64,000 nt of DNA from a virus: positions 19,175-83,174 of the IMG/VR virus record IMGVR_UViG_3300042894_004439. One strand, 5' to 3'. The notes beneath the pieces were generated by a model. The model was not told the DNA's origin. It searched no databases and worked only from the letters and a program-made list of their open reading frames with translations. Both the position numbers and the translations under genes were made by a program. Positions within the stretch are counted from its first letter, which is position 1. Each line of letters starts with the position of its first letter. Shown piece by piece: positions 28,763-39,449 of the stretch.

Positions 28763-29842
28763 CTAATACCTTTCATTTAACCAGATTCGAGAAATTTTTC
28801 CAGACGGACTCACTGGTATCAAGTCAATCTGTTCTAGCACTCGTGGCCAACAATGTTGTCCTAGGCCAATTAAAAAATCTTTAATGGTCTGTGAATCACA
28901 GGTGCCAGTGTACAAACACTTGACACAATCTGTGCCAAAAATCACACAGTCTGTGAGATTGTCAATGTTGGATTTCAGTTGATATTCCAAGCTCACTGGA
29001 TTAACTTTGATGCCGCGAACATTGATTTGATCTTTGCTGCGCCCTAATATACGATAATATCCAGCCTCATCACGATCGGCCAAATCGCCAGTGTCGTACC
29101 ATCCAGGAGCAAACACAGTAGAACCTTGAATGTAGAGATGTCCGTCCACAATATCAGCTTCTATTCCGTCGGGCAAACCCACAGTGCCCGGTCGTTGTTC
29201 TCCATGCAAAGGATTGGTAAAACATTGACTCAAGGACTCAGTCATACCAAATGCTTCTATCACAGGCACCTGATATTTTTCTGACAGATGCTGATACAAT
29301 TCCGTGGGCAAAGCCGCACTGGCAGATCTTATAAATCTCAAATGATCAAAATCCATTTGAGAAATAACTCGTAAAAAATCAGGAATAGCACTGATAAAAG
29401 TTGGATCATAGTCAGGCATGGACTTGATATTTTTTACAGGCATATAGTGTATTTCGCACCGGGCCTGTTGTATAGCCCAATACATTCCTTGTCCGTGTGC
29501 ATGCCACAGAGGCATTATGCTGACATACCGATCATTTGCAGTGATATCATAGGCAGAACAGATTCGCTGAGCCAATGTATTCACTTGATCTTGAGTAAAA
29601 CTACAAAACTTGCTGTCTCCGGTGGTACCACTGGTATACCAAAGCAAGCGTTCGTTGCAGTAGTCCGCACCGTCTCTGTAGCTTTCACCTTGGTTGGTGA
29701 TTAATAAACTATAGTCAGCATTGTCTAATAAATATTTTTGTCTTGATGCAGCCGCATCAGGATTGATGATCATGATACTGTAATCATCTAATTGATTGAT
29801 ATAATCCTGAGGGTTGTTTGCACAAATAACTGCTCGTTTCAT
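28763..29842 (-). CDS. AMP-binding (acyl-CoA synthetase-like) adenylation enzyme, compact
   Basis: YTSGTTGDSK, FGMTE, TGDL, GRSKD. Confidence 0.9.
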   Translation of the reverse strand: MKRAVICANNPQDYINQLDDYSIMIINPDAAASRQKYLLDNADYSLLITNQGESYRDGADYCNERLLWYTSGTTGDSKFCSFTQDQVNTLAQRICSAYDITANDRYVSIMPLWHAHGQGMYWAIQQARCEIHYMPVKNIKSMPDYDPTFISAIPDFLRVISQMDFDHLRFIRSASAALPTELYQHLSEKYQVPVIEAFGMTESLSQCFTNPLHGEQRPGTVGLPDGIEADIVDGHLYIQGSTVFAPGWYDTGDLADRDEAGYYRILGRSKDQINVRGIKVNPVSLEYQLKSNIDNLTDCVIFGTDCVKCLYTGTCDSQTIKDFLIGLGQHCWPRVLEQIDLIPVSPSGKISRIWLNERY

Positions 29843-29881
29843 GTCAATACTTATTGGCTCAAAATAAACAAGTAAAAGAAA

Positions 29882-30592
29882 ATGACAACTAAAAAAATTA
29901 TAGGATTTGGCGATAGTTTTGTCTATGGCTCAGAACAAGAAAACAACGACGACGGATCTTTGGGATGGCCGGGTCGCGTTGCCAACAATTTAAATTGTGA
30001 ATATCATACTAGGGCAAACTCCGGATGTGGGAACGATTACATTGCACAGCAAATTTATTCTTGGTTTGCACAAAATCCAGTTGAAGACACCTTGGCAGTT
30101 ATAAACTGGACTTGGATCAGTCGTTGGGATTATTATGTTTTTGACCATAAAACTTGGATTACCTTTGGCCCTACTTGTGTGCCAGCACGTCTTAAAGACT
30201 TGGTAGACCGCACTCAGGCTAAAGAAATGGTCGAGTTTTATCATTCACGAATCAATGCTGGCATACTATGGAATAAATTACGAAATTTACAAATAATATA
30301 TGCGGCACAATCATATATGAAACAAAAAAATATCAATTGCATACAAACCTACATGGATTATGACATGTTTGATATTTCTTGTGAACACAAGGATTTGACT
30401 CCCGATTACATCAACGAACTGCAAAAACTAGTATATCCAGAACTAGAATTATTTGAAGGGCAAAATTTTGTAGACTGGTCCAGAAAAAATGGATTTTTTG
30501 TGTCCAAGGGAGGAATGCATCCATTGGAAGATGCACACATTGCCGCGGCAGCTCTGTGGCAAAACCGATATGCAAATGCACTAGGCGCATAA
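29882..30592 (+). CDS. SGNH/GDSL-like protein
   Basis: GFGDSF, GCGN, INWT, HPLEDAH. Confidence 0.75.
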   Translation: MTTKKIIGFGDSFVYGSEQENNDDGSLGWPGRVANNLNCEYHTRANSGCGNDYIAQQIYSWFAQNPVEDTLAVINWTWISRWDYYVFDHKTWITFGPTCVPARLKDLVDRTQAKEMVEFYHSRINAGILWNKLRNLQIIYAAQSYMKQKNINCIQTYMDYDMFDISCEHKDLTPDYINELQKLVYPELELFEGQNFVDWSRKNGFFVSKGGMHPLEDAHIAAAALWQNRYANALGA

Positions 30593-30595
30593 ATA
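30590..30595 (+). promoter_or_regulatory. Late-promoter-like TAAATA, 5 nt before ATG
   Basis: CATAAATACCCAT-ATG, no SD. Confidence 0.55.
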
Positions 30596-30600
30596 CCCAT

Positions 30601-31155
30601 ATGCACTACGAAATACGACAAGATTTAAATCTAGTAGAGGCCAGTACACGGCCTGCCAAGCTGGAAACTACACCGCTGCCTTACGGTGAGAAAGACCTGG
30701 AGCCAGTATTGAGTAAAGAAAGTTTAGAATACCATTACGGGCATTTGGCCAAAGGCTATGCAAAGCGTTACAACGCAGGCGAAGGCAACGCAGATTTTAA
30801 TCGTGCTGGTAGCTTTTTACACAACAAATTCTTTCCGCAATTGCGCCCGCCCAAAGGCGCCAACCGGCCACGGGGTGCGGTGCTGGCCTTAATTGAAGAG
30901 AATTTTAAAACCTATGAAGATTTTAAAATTGCAGTTAAAGAAACAGCAATGAAAATTCAAGGTTCTGGATGGGTGTATTTGAGCACCAATGGCACAATTA
31001 AAACTATACCCAACCATGCTGTTCGCACAGACATTTGTGTGCTGATTGATTGGTGGGAGCATGTTTGGGCCACTGATTATCAGTGGGACAAAGAAAAATA
31101 CCTGGATAATATTTGGAAGATTATCGACTGGGATGTTTGTAACGAAAGACTATGA
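30601..31155 (+). CDS. Fe/Mn superoxide dismutase
   Basis: LPY...LEP, YHYGH, FLHNKFF, GSGW, DWWEH metal-ligand motif. Confidence 0.9.
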   Translation: MHYEIRQDLNLVEASTRPAKLETTPLPYGEKDLEPVLSKESLEYHYGHLAKGYAKRYNAGEGNADFNRAGSFLHNKFFPQLRPPKGANRPRGAVLALIEENFKTYEDFKIAVKETAMKIQGSGWVYLSTNGTIKTIPNHAVRTDICVLIDWWEHVWATDYQWDKEKYLDNIWKIIDWDVCNERL

Positions 31156-31478
31156 TGACACTGACTGAATCAGCTACAACTAGGATACAAGACCTTATTG
31201 CAGAAGAAGGTAATCCTGCACTTAAACTGCGTGTATTTGTACAAGGTGGCGGATGCTCCGGTATGCAATACGGCTTTACTTTTGACGAAGTTGCCAACGA
31301 AGATGATTGGGATCTTGAATTCAACGGTGTCAAAGTACTGGTGGATTCAATGAGCGGCCAATATTTAACTGGTGCAACTGTAGATTTCAAAGAAGATCTA
31401 CACGGCAGTAGTTTTGTTATTCAAAATCCCAACGCAGAAACCACCTGTGGCTGCGGCAGCAGTTTTAGTCCAACCTAA
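31152..31478 (+). CDS. erpA: A-type Fe-S carrier ErpA/IscA
   Basis: [20 protein letters not shown]. Confidence 0.9.
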   Translation: MMTLTESATTRIQDLIAEEGNPALKLRVFVQGGGCSGMQYGFTFDEVANEDDWDLEFNGVKVLVDSMSGQYLTGATVDFKEDLHGSSFVIQNPNAETTCGCGSSFSPT

Positions 31479-31509
31479 TTCCTCAAAGTTCGCAGGCTAG
31501 CAAATCTGC

Positions 31510-31515
31510 TAAATA
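31510..31515 (+). promoter_or_regulatory. Late-promoter-like TAAATA
   Basis: Upstream of structural genes; lies in the hairpin CTGCTA-aatac-TAGCAG. Confidence 0.5.
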
Positions 31516-31535
31516 CTAGCAGAGGACGACTATCC

Positions 31536-33692
31536 ATGACTCAACAGATTATCTACGTAGGTACTGCACCCAATGATGGTGCTGGTGATCCTATACGAAC
31601 CGCGTTTATAAAAACCAATGACAATTTCAGTGAGTTGTATGCTCGTGTGCAGGTTGATCCACCAACCACTTTAATAGGCAAAGTGGGCGACGAAATTGGC
31701 TACTATTCTCCTACAGCTGATTATTTGTACTATTGTTTTGCCAATTACGATGGCTCAACTGTGATTTGGGCCCAGATTACAGCTATTGGAAATATATCTG
31801 CTACCAAGATAGAAAATGGTACCAGTGTTATAGAAATCATTGATCCCAATGGCAACGCTAATGTCAGCATAAACGGCACTGGCAATGTGGCAGTTTTTGC
31901 CAACACTGGCGTTTATGTGTCTCAACTCAGTGCCATTGGTAATATTTCAACTGCTAACTATGTTCTTGGAAATGGTGCATTTTTAAGCGGATTGCCAGCA
32001 ACTTATAGCAATGCCAATGTTGCAGACTTTTTACCTGTGTACAGTGGCAACATTGCTGCGGCATATGTTTCGTCGTCGGGCAATGTTGTAGGCGGTAATC
32101 TTTTAACTCTGGGCAATGTATCAGCCCAGGGCACAATCAACGCTCTAGGCAATATTGTCACCAGTGGATATTTTGTTGGCACGTTTGTGGGCAATGTCAC
32201 AGGCAATTTTGTGGTTCCAGGGGCCAACACCCAGGTTATTTTCAACACCAGTGGCAATGCTGATGCAGTAGCAGGAATGACCTACAACAAAGATGCCAAC
32301 ACATTTGCTGTGCTGGGAATTGTATCTGCTCAGGCCAATGTTATAGGTGGCAATTTACTAACTGCTGGATTGATCTCAGCTTCGGCCACAATCACTGGCG
32401 GCAATTTGGCCACTGGCGGCACTGTGAGTGCCAGTGGCAATGTTATAGGTGCAAATCTAGTGACTGCAGGAATTGTCACTGCCACAAACACCATCACTGG
32501 CGGCAATTTGGCCACTGGCGGCACTATAAGTGCTAGCAGCAACATAACCGGCGGCAATTTACTTGCCAGCGGATTGATTTCGGCTGCCGCAAATATCAAT
32601 TCAAATGCCACAATAAATGTAACTAATAATATCAACGCTGGCGGAAACATAACCGCAACCAATTACACAGGAACACTGGTCAGTGTGGCAGGCAATGTCA
32701 CTGGCGGCAACATACGCACCGCTGGATTGATCAGTTCAACTGGCAACATAACTGGCAATTACATTCTTGGCAATGGTGCCTGTTTGACCGGCGTTATAAC
32801 CAGTGTGGCAAATATCAATAATGGCACAAGCAATATCAGTATTCCGTCCACCGACGGTAATATTATTGTCAGTGTCAACAACAACAGTGAAATAGTAACA
32901 TTTACCAACACCGGTATATTGGCCAATGGTATAGTATCAGTTGTTGGTAATGTGACAGGTGGTAATCTTTTAACTGTGGGATTGATTAGTTCAACTGGCA
33001 ATATGACCGGTGGTAACATAAGTGCTACTAACCATACAGGAACCACTATAAGCGTCACCGGCAACATAACTGGTGGTAATATAGCCACTGCTGGATTGAT
33101 CAGTACCAGTGGTAATGTCACCAGCAGTAATATCAATGCTAATGTATACGGAGTAACTGTCAGCGCCAGTGGTAATGTAACTGCTGGCAACCTATCAGTG
33201 GCCACTGGCACTATCACAGTTGGCAATATTGTCAATGCAAACGGTAACGCAGTTGGTAATATTGGTAGTGCTGCAAATTATTTTAACACAGTATTTGCAT
33301 TGGCCACATCAGCTCAGTACGCTGACTTGGCAGAATGTTACCTAGGTGATGCATACTATATGCCAGGAACAGTGGTGAGTTTTGGCGGTGTCGCCGAAAT
33401 TACGTTTTGTGATACAGATCAAGATCCAGCAGTGGCCGGAGTTGTATCTACTAGGCCAGCGTACCAGATGAATACCGGGTTAACAGGTGACCATGTGACC
33501 ACAGTGGCACTAATGGGGCGAGTTCCTTGCCAAATACAAGGCCCGGTTGTTAAAGGTGCATTAATGGTGTCAGCTGGTAATGGTCGTGCTCGGGCACAGA
33601 TAAATCCACCAGCAGGAACCATAATTGGCAAGGCACTGGAATCCTTTGATGGTGATGTTGGAACAATTGAAATTGTAGTTGGAAGAGTTTGA
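31536..33692 (+). CDS. Tail-fibre-like protein with C-terminal chaperone/autocleavage-type domain
   Basis: N-terminal NDG.GD.IR.AF.K.N.NF (T4 gp9/gp10-like), GNITGGN repeats, C-terminal YADLAE...GVVS..P...VALMGRVPC. Confidence 0.8.
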   Translation: MTQQIIYVGTAPNDGAGDPIRTAFIKTNDNFSELYARVQVDPPTTLIGKVGDEIGYYSPTADYLYYCFANYDGSTVIWAQITAIGNISATKIENGTSVIEIIDPNGNANVSINGTGNVAVFANTGVYVSQLSAIGNISTANYVLGNGAFLSGLPATYSNANVADFLPVYSGNIAAAYVSSSGNVVGGNLLTLGNVSAQGTINALGNIVTSGYFVGTFVGNVTGNFVVPGANTQVIFNTSGNADAVAGMTYNKDANTFAVLGIVSAQANVIGGNLLTAGLISASATITGGNLATGGTVSASGNVIGANLVTAGIVTATNTITGGNLATGGTISASSNITGGNLLASGLISAAANINSNATINVTNNINAGGNITATNYTGTLVSVAGNVTGGNIRTAGLISSTGNITGNYILGNGACLTGVITSVANINNGTSNISIPSTDGNIIVSVNNNSEIVTFTNTGILANGIVSVVGNVTGGNLLTVGLISSTGNMTGGNISATNHTGTTISVTGNITGGNIATAGLISTSGNVTSSNINANVYGVTVSASGNVTAGNLSVATGTITVGNIVNANGNAVGNIGSAANYFNTVFALATSAQYADLAECYLGDAYYMPGTVVSFGGVAEITFCDTDQDPAVAGVVSTRPAYQMNTGLTGDHVTTVALMGRVPCQIQGPVVKGALMVSAGNGRARAQINPPAGTIIGKALESFDGDVGTIEIVVGRV

Positions 33693-33697
33693 ACACC

Positions 33698-36271
33698 ATG
33701 TCACAACCAGTTTGGGTAACACAACCAGGCAGTTTAGGAACAATTCCAGAAGGAGTATTTTACTCTATTCCATTGGTTGCTGTTGCACCTGCTGACACAG
33801 TCTACTATCAAGTGATTGCTGGTGCCTTGCCCACTGGAATGTTTGTGAATGAATCGGGTATACTGGGTGGCAATCCATCTGCGCAGGCCACTGCACAGGG
33901 TGTTCCTGCACCAGTGCCCATTGATATCACCAGCAAATTTGCCGTCAGAGCCTACACCGAAAAAGTTATTGCAGGACGCACTGTGATTGATCGACTAGCA
34001 GATCGAACATTTACTATCACAGTCACAGGCCAAAATACACCAGTGTTTGTGACTCCGCCCGGAACCATTGCAACCTATTACGATGGCACACAAGTTAGTG
34101 ATCTACAGGTGCAAGTGTTTACTCCAGATATCTATGCTGAGGAAGTGGTAACACTGATCAGTGGATCTCTCCCTCCTGGGTTAACCATATCAACATCTGG
34201 AATCATTTCCGGATATGTTGGTGAAAACACCACTGTTACTCCTACTCCAACGGAGACCAATTATCCGTTTACTCTCAGAGTCACCAATGGCGTAGCCGGT
34301 GATGTGCGAGCGTTTAATATTCTTGTTTATGCTCGCTCTGCAATGACAGCAGACAACACAGTAATCACTGCAGACAATACCTTTATAACTGCAGATGTTA
34401 GCCCACAAATTCCGCCAATTATACTAACACCCACTGGATCCATTGGCACAACAAGAAGCAACAATTTCTACACATTTCAATTCACAGGTGTTGATTTCAA
34501 TGATCAAGCATTTCAATTCATAGCTAATACTACTCCAACAGGGTTGACTCTGGATCCTAATTCAGGATGGTTGTACGGATATATTCCACCATTGGGCTTG
34601 GCATCCATAACATACCCGTTTTCAGTCAGAGTTTACGAAACTGCCAACCCAGATGTTATCAGTAATCCTTATAATTACAGTTTAACTGTGACTGGGCCGT
34701 TAAGCGGCGAAGTCACTTGGTTAACACCTAGTAATTTAGGCACAATAGACAATGGTACAACCAGTACACTTTATGTGGCAGCAATCAGTGCATCTGGATT
34801 GAGTCTGCAGTATCAACTGGTGTCGGGCAGCGCCAGCAGATTACCACAAGGTCTTGAATTGTTAACATCAGGCGACATAGCCGGACGTGTGAGTTTTGAT
34901 ACATTTGCTCTGGATGGTGGTACCACTACATTTGATGTTACAACTAATCCATTGTACAATACTGTTATAAATCCTGCAACCAGTACCACCGAAACAACAT
35001 TTGATCTTAGCTGTACATTTACAGTCAATGCCTTCAGTGTCAATGGTGTAGTGAATGCCACGCAGACATTTACCATAACAGTGATACGCCAATTCAATGA
35101 ACCTTTTGACAATCTGTACATACAGGCCATGCCTCCGCAGAATGACCGAACATTTGTAAACACATTCTTACAAAATTCCACTATATTCCCACCAAGTTCT
35201 ATTTACAGATACAATGATCCCAACTTTGGTGTTGCACGTAATATTTTTTATTATCATGCCTATGGGCTAACTGCAGCCACGCTAGATGACTATGTGTCCA
35301 GTTTGAATTTGAATCACTATTGGAAAAATTTAGTTCTAGGCAGCATACAAACTGCACAGGCTTTGGATGACAATGGAAACATTTTATACGAAATAGTTTA
35401 TAGTAAGATCATTGACGATCTTGTGAACAATCAAGGCCAAAGTGTGGGCAAAGAAGTTACACTGGCATACCCTGTACAGGGTGCAGACAGCACAGAAATT
35501 ACCACAGTGTATCCCAACAGCTTGGTCAACATGCGAACCCAGGTTATTGATGTTGTTGGACAAGTCAGTAATGTACTACCTCGTTGGATGGTCAGCAAAC
35601 AAACAAACGGCCAGGTACTGGGTTTTATTCCTGCCTGGGTAATTGCCTACTGTAAACCCGGACAAAGCGGACAGATTGCCTACAATATTAAAACTGCCAT
35701 TGGTGATGCACTTAATGTGGTTGATTACCAAGTTGATAGATACGAGTTAGATAATTTATTAACTAAAAATTGGAATAGAGAAGAACAACAATGGATTCCA
35801 ACACCACCAAGTTGGGTAAGTTTTGATGTACAATGCCACTATCAATTGCCAGTGCCAAATGATTCCAGTTTGATATTTACAGGCGGAATAAATTATGCCG
35901 TCGGAGACCGCATACGTATCCTGGGTAGCCAGATTGGCGGAGTCAATGGTGTGTATAACCCTGATCTAGATGAATATGGCAACAATGTAATAATCACCGT
36001 GGAACAAGTGGACGAATTCGGTACCATACAACAAGCCCGTGCCCAGGGTCTAGCACCGTTGAATTCCGCAGGAGAACTTTTTTACAATATTGTAGGCACA
36101 AACATCACAGGTACAGGTACAGGTGCAACTTGGGATATAGAAACAGTGCCAGGCGTGGCCACCACGTTTGACGGCAATAGCATGCAGTTTACTGCACCAG
36201 TAGATATGTATTCAAACACTCAAGCCTACGATAAATACCTTGTATTCCCCAAACGGAACATTTTAGAATAA
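33698..36271 (+). CDS. Baseplate-associated structural protein with putative Ig-like repeats
   Basis: Repeated P.W.T..G.LG and G.LP.GL.....G.ISG modules. Confidence 0.7.
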   Translation: MSQPVWVTQPGSLGTIPEGVFYSIPLVAVAPADTVYYQVIAGALPTGMFVNESGILGGNPSAQATAQGVPAPVPIDITSKFAVRAYTEKVIAGRTVIDRLADRTFTITVTGQNTPVFVTPPGTIATYYDGTQVSDLQVQVFTPDIYAEEVVTLISGSLPPGLTISTSGIISGYVGENTTVTPTPTETNYPFTLRVTNGVAGDVRAFNILVYARSAMTADNTVITADNTFITADVSPQIPPIILTPTGSIGTTRSNNFYTFQFTGVDFNDQAFQFIANTTPTGLTLDPNSGWLYGYIPPLGLASITYPFSVRVYETANPDVISNPYNYSLTVTGPLSGEVTWLTPSNLGTIDNGTTSTLYVAAISASGLSLQYQLVSGSASRLPQGLELLTSGDIAGRVSFDTFALDGGTTTFDVTTNPLYNTVINPATSTTETTFDLSCTFTVNAFSVNGVVNATQTFTITVIRQFNEPFDNLYIQAMPPQNDRTFVNTFLQNSTIFPPSSIYRYNDPNFGVARNIFYYHAYGLTAATLDDYVSSLNLNHYWKNLVLGSIQTAQALDDNGNILYEIVYSKIIDDLVNNQGQSVGKEVTLAYPVQGADSTEITTVYPNSLVNMRTQVIDVVGQVSNVLPRWMVSKQTNGQVLGFIPAWVIAYCKPGQSGQIAYNIKTAIGDALNVVDYQVDRYELDNLLTKNWNREEQQWIPTPPSWVSFDVQCHYQLPVPNDSSLIFTGGINYAVGDRIRILGSQIGGVNGVYNPDLDEYGNNVIITVEQVDEFGTIQQARAQGLAPLNSAGELFYNIVGTNITGTGTGATWDIETVPGVATTFDGNSMQFTAPVDMYSNTQAYDKYLVFPKRNILE

Positions 36272-36283
36272 ACAGGACACATT

Positions 36284-37177
36284 ATGACCAGTGCAATTAA
36301 CCCAAACAACATCGACGGCGCTTATCCAGTGGCCGGACAGGACAACAACAGTCAAGGTTTTCGTGACAACTTCACCAACACTTCGACTAATTTTCAATAT
36401 GCAGCCAATGAAATAACTGCGTTACAAAATAATTCTGTGCTAACAACAGACCTTGCAACCAGTACTCAACCTGTGTTTAATAACTTGTTGGCTAGCACAA
36501 TAAGCAATGGCTTTTTGCAAAATATGTACACACCATTGGTTGCATTGGGTACCCTCAGCGGCGCAGTGACCATGAACTATGCACTTGGGTCGTTTCAAAC
36601 GCTGACCACCAGTGGTGCAATAACATTGGGATTCAGCAATTTTCCAGCTGCTGCTAAAGTTGCAACCATGGCACTGCAAATTACTATTGTCAGTACCGCA
36701 CATACACTACAATTACCTGCTGCGGTCACAGTTAATAATGCCGGTATACAAGGCATCAATACGTCCACCAACATCATAACGTTTGCTGCAGTAGGAACAT
36801 ATGTTTTCCAATTTACCACTAGCAATGGTGGTTCAACTGTGTCTGTTGCCCAGGCCAATGAACAGATCACACCTTTTAACAATAGCTCAGAAGATCTGGC
36901 TCCAAGCACAGGTGCAAGCCTGGCCACTACTGCAAGTTATTTTACCACTGCAGGCACTGAAGCAGCAACATTGGCAGCAGGCGTTGCAGGACAAATCAAA
37001 ACTTTTAGTGCAGTGGATATCACTGCTGGCAACATGGTCATTACTGTGACCAATGCAGGGTGGAAATCGTCTGGAACTGGTACAATCACATTCAGCACAA
37101 GAGGATCTGGGTGTACCTTGCAGTATGTCAACTCCAAATGGTTCTGTATTGGCAATAACGGTGCAGCGTTTGCTTAA
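36284..37177 (+). CDS. Virion structural protein
   Basis: YPVAGQDNNSQGFRDNF N-terminus; T/S/A-rich. Confidence 0.7.
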   Translation: MTSAINPNNIDGAYPVAGQDNNSQGFRDNFTNTSTNFQYAANEITALQNNSVLTTDLATSTQPVFNNLLASTISNGFLQNMYTPLVALGTLSGAVTMNYALGSFQTLTTSGAITLGFSNFPAAAKVATMALQITIVSTAHTLQLPAAVTVNNAGIQGINTSTNIITFAAVGTYVFQFTTSNGGSTVSVAQANEQITPFNNSSEDLAPSTGASLATTASYFTTAGTEAATLAAGVAGQIKTFSAVDITAGNMVITVTNAGWKSSGTGTITFSTRGSGCTLQYVNSKWFCIGNNGAAFA

Positions 37178-37185
37178 CCAAACCC

Positions 37186-37215
37186 GTTGACTAACAGTCA
37201 ACACTGTTGTACAAT
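37186..37215 (+). promoter_or_regulatory. Sigma70 promoter with inverted repeat over the -35 box (leaderless)
   Basis: TTGACT-17-TACAAT; GTTGACT-aac-AGTCAAC; ATG 6 nt later. Confidence 0.75.
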
Positions 37216-37221
37216 TAGTAG

Positions 37222-37443
37222 ATGGAACATCCGTTAATCTCTAATTTAAATGATCTAACAGAAGAACAACTGTTAGAAAAAATTACCGAACTACAGAAAA
37301 AATTAAGCATTGCTTATCGCACAGGCAATGCTGATCTTTGCAATCAAATACGCATGGCCATTGAAAGTTTTCAAACCAAATATCAAGATAAAATACGGCG
37401 AGATGACAACAACAACTTTGACGAAATAATCAACATTTCATGA
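37222..37443 (+). CDS. Hypothetical coiled-coil protein
   Basis: ORF after promoter. Confidence 0.7.
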   Translation: MEHPLISNLNDLTEEQLLEKITELQKKLSIAYRTGNADLCNQIRMAIESFQTKYQDKIRRDDNNNFDEIINIS

Positions 37444-38045
37444 ACGCAAGAATTTCAACAGATCTCCATTTCATTGCCGGAGTGTATTACGACGGAGTCC
37501 TGCAGATGAATTCCTACATACTAAAACTCTGGATGATGACTTGCACTGCTGACGCCGAAAGTCATAACATAGCATTTGAGCGAATAAAATATTTTGTGTA
37601 CAATCAACTTGACAGTTCAATTTTGATCAACAGTGAGCACCAAGAACAGTGTGAAAAATTTGTTGCAGCAGGACTAAAAGTAACCACAATGCCCACAGAA
37701 CCAGTTGATCAATTGGTGGGGATTATGTTATACTACAAGCTCAACTCCATAATGGAAGGTCGAATAACTGTGGCAGAAACTGAAATAAGCAGTACTCTAG
37801 GCGATGCTATGGTTTATCTACATAATGAAATAGAAAATCTAGAAATAGACAATCAGCCAGATTGGTGGAAATCTGCAGACCTTGATCACTGTGACACTGA
37901 TCTACTAGACACTGACAAAATAGTATCAATGCCACATTTGCAATCATGGAAAAAATTAGATCTAGATTGGCCTGCCACTGTGGATCAAAACACAGTTGGA
38001 AACACTGTGGTATTTGCAGATTTTAGCAAGAATGATACAGAATAA
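37440..38045 (+). CDS. Hypothetical protein
   Basis: Coupled ORF. Confidence 0.7.
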   Translation: MNARISTDLHFIAGVYYDGVLQMNSYILKLWMMTCTADAESHNIAFERIKYFVYNQLDSSILINSEHQEQCEKFVAAGLKVTTMPTEPVDQLVGIMLYYKLNSIMEGRITVAETEISSTLGDAMVYLHNEIENLEIDNQPDWWKSADLDHCDTDLLDTDKIVSMPHLQSWKKLDLDWPATVDQNTVGNTVVFADFSKNDTE

Positions 38046-38556
38046 ATTTGGTGAAATGATATTTGATGAAACAGACATATGTGATCTGTTGATGCAAGGA
38101 CGTGATTTTAAAAGTCTCAAAGGTATGTTGGTTGATAGTTCAGTGGATATTGAAAAAATAGTAAGTTTTGTTGAAAATTTTCCAGACACTTTAGTTCATT
38201 ATAAATTTGATAGTGAAAACAGTACAGCAGTTCCGGACTGGGATAGGGTTCAACAACAGACTTGGTTCATGCCTGATGAATATCGTCAGTTAGATATTGC
38301 TCAATTTGTGTTAGATCTGTGCACCGGCGAGTCAGAGCTACAACGATGTGGAGAAGAATTGTTGTTGTATCAAGAACGCAGTTTATTTCCTTTGTTACAG
38401 TATCTAAAATATCTAGTGGATGTTATGACTCAAAATCAAGTGATCTGGGGAGTTGGCAGAGGATCCAGCGTGGCCAGTTTTGTATTGTACAAATTAAAGG
38501 TTCATCGCATTGACAGTTTGTACTATAATTTAGATGTATGCGAATTTTTGCGTTAA
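38032..38556 (+). CDS. Stand-alone fragment of DNA polymerase III alpha (DnaE) NTPase/palm region
   Basis: R..EEL.L...L.YLVD.M....WGVGRGSSVASFVLY...VHRID. Confidence 0.75.
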   Translation: MIQNKFGEMIFDETDICDLLMQGRDFKSLKGMLVDSSVDIEKIVSFVENFPDTLVHYKFDSENSTAVPDWDRVQQQTWFMPDEYRQLDIAQFVLDLCTGESELQRCGEELLLYQERSLFPLLQYLKYLVDVMTQNQVIWGVGRGSSVASFVLYKLKVHRIDSLYYNLDVCEFLR

Positions 38557-38583
38557 ATATGCAATCGTTTAAAGGAAATAATT

Positions 38584-39057
38584 ATGACCAATAGAACTTA
38601 TAAAACAGCCCAAGGAAAAACAGTTGATTTGGGTCAACTTATATTAAAAAATGAAACTGTTAGGGCAGTGGGCAACATGAATGTCAATGCACGTGGCGAT
38701 CTATTAGACAGTTCAAATCGAGTTATTGATTCTAAAAATCAACAAATACAACGCCAACATCAACAACAAATTGTCAACAATGTGTCTGACCGAACTGTGC
38801 ATACCAGTAATGTACATGCTAGACGAGCCAGAAAAGCCGCGCAACAAGATACGCCCACAGTTGATACTGACCTTGAAGATGCACCAGTGGACATTGTGCC
38901 CGAGATAACACCTGAGCCCGTGGATACAACTCCAGTTGATACTGCACCCGGCGGTGGACTGGCAGCAGCCATTGCTCGATCAAGAACAGTGGTACAAGAA
39001 AAAGAAAAAACACCAAGAGAAATCAAACAATTCAAACCCGGAGTAAACAGAATTTAA
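38584..39057 (+). CDS. Hypothetical late protein
   Basis: TAAATA at 38554 plus AAGGA RBS; AVGNMNVNARGD motif. Confidence 0.7.
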   Translation: MTNRTYKTAQGKTVDLGQLILKNETVRAVGNMNVNARGDLLDSSNRVIDSKNQQIQRQHQQQIVNNVSDRTVHTSNVHARRARKAAQQDTPTVDTDLEDAPVDIVPEITPEPVDTTPVDTAPGGGLAAAIARSRTVVQEKEKTPREIKQFKPGVNRI

Positions 39058-39059
39058 CC

Positions 39060-39446
39060 ATGACAAAACTAGCATTTGCGCCGCACCGATTTAACAAATC
39101 ACAAATACATCCATTGAACAACAGTGTCATAGTGTCTGACATGTTGTTTGATCAACGCATCACAAGTGGAGGAATTATCCTACCCAATGATAACGGCACA
39201 GGATCTGGTATTCGTCCACGCTGGGGTCAGGTGTATGCCATTGGTCCAGATCAACTGGATGTCAAAATAGGACAATGGATCTGTGTAGCGCACGGTCGCT
39301 GGACTCGAGGTATTGATATTGAGGATGAAGATGGAAAGAAAACTCTGCGCAGAATTGACCCTGACGATATCTTAATGGTGTCTGACACTTTTGTGGAAGA
39401 CGATACCATGAGTGATGCAGTCAACGTGACCAAGAAAGAACGCTAA
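39060..39446 (+). CDS. groES: GroES-like co-chaperonin
   Basis: HPLNNSVIV...TSGGIILP...G.VYAIGP...VKIG. Confidence 0.8.
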   Translation: MTKLAFAPHRFNKSQIHPLNNSVIVSDMLFDQRITSGGIILPNDNGTGSGIRPRWGQVYAIGPDQLDVKIGQWICVAHGRWTRGIDIEDEDGKKTLRRIDPDDILMVSDTFVEDDTMSDAVNVTKKER

Positions 39447-39449
39447 CTC

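Noticed and set aside
27930-31478. Host-like genes as evidence of a bacterial chromosome or prophage boundary
   Set aside because: They are interleaved with, and coupled to, phage genes and share phage promoter motifs
31954-35181. Minus-strand ORFs within the structural genes
   Set aside because: Same antisense shadow artefact
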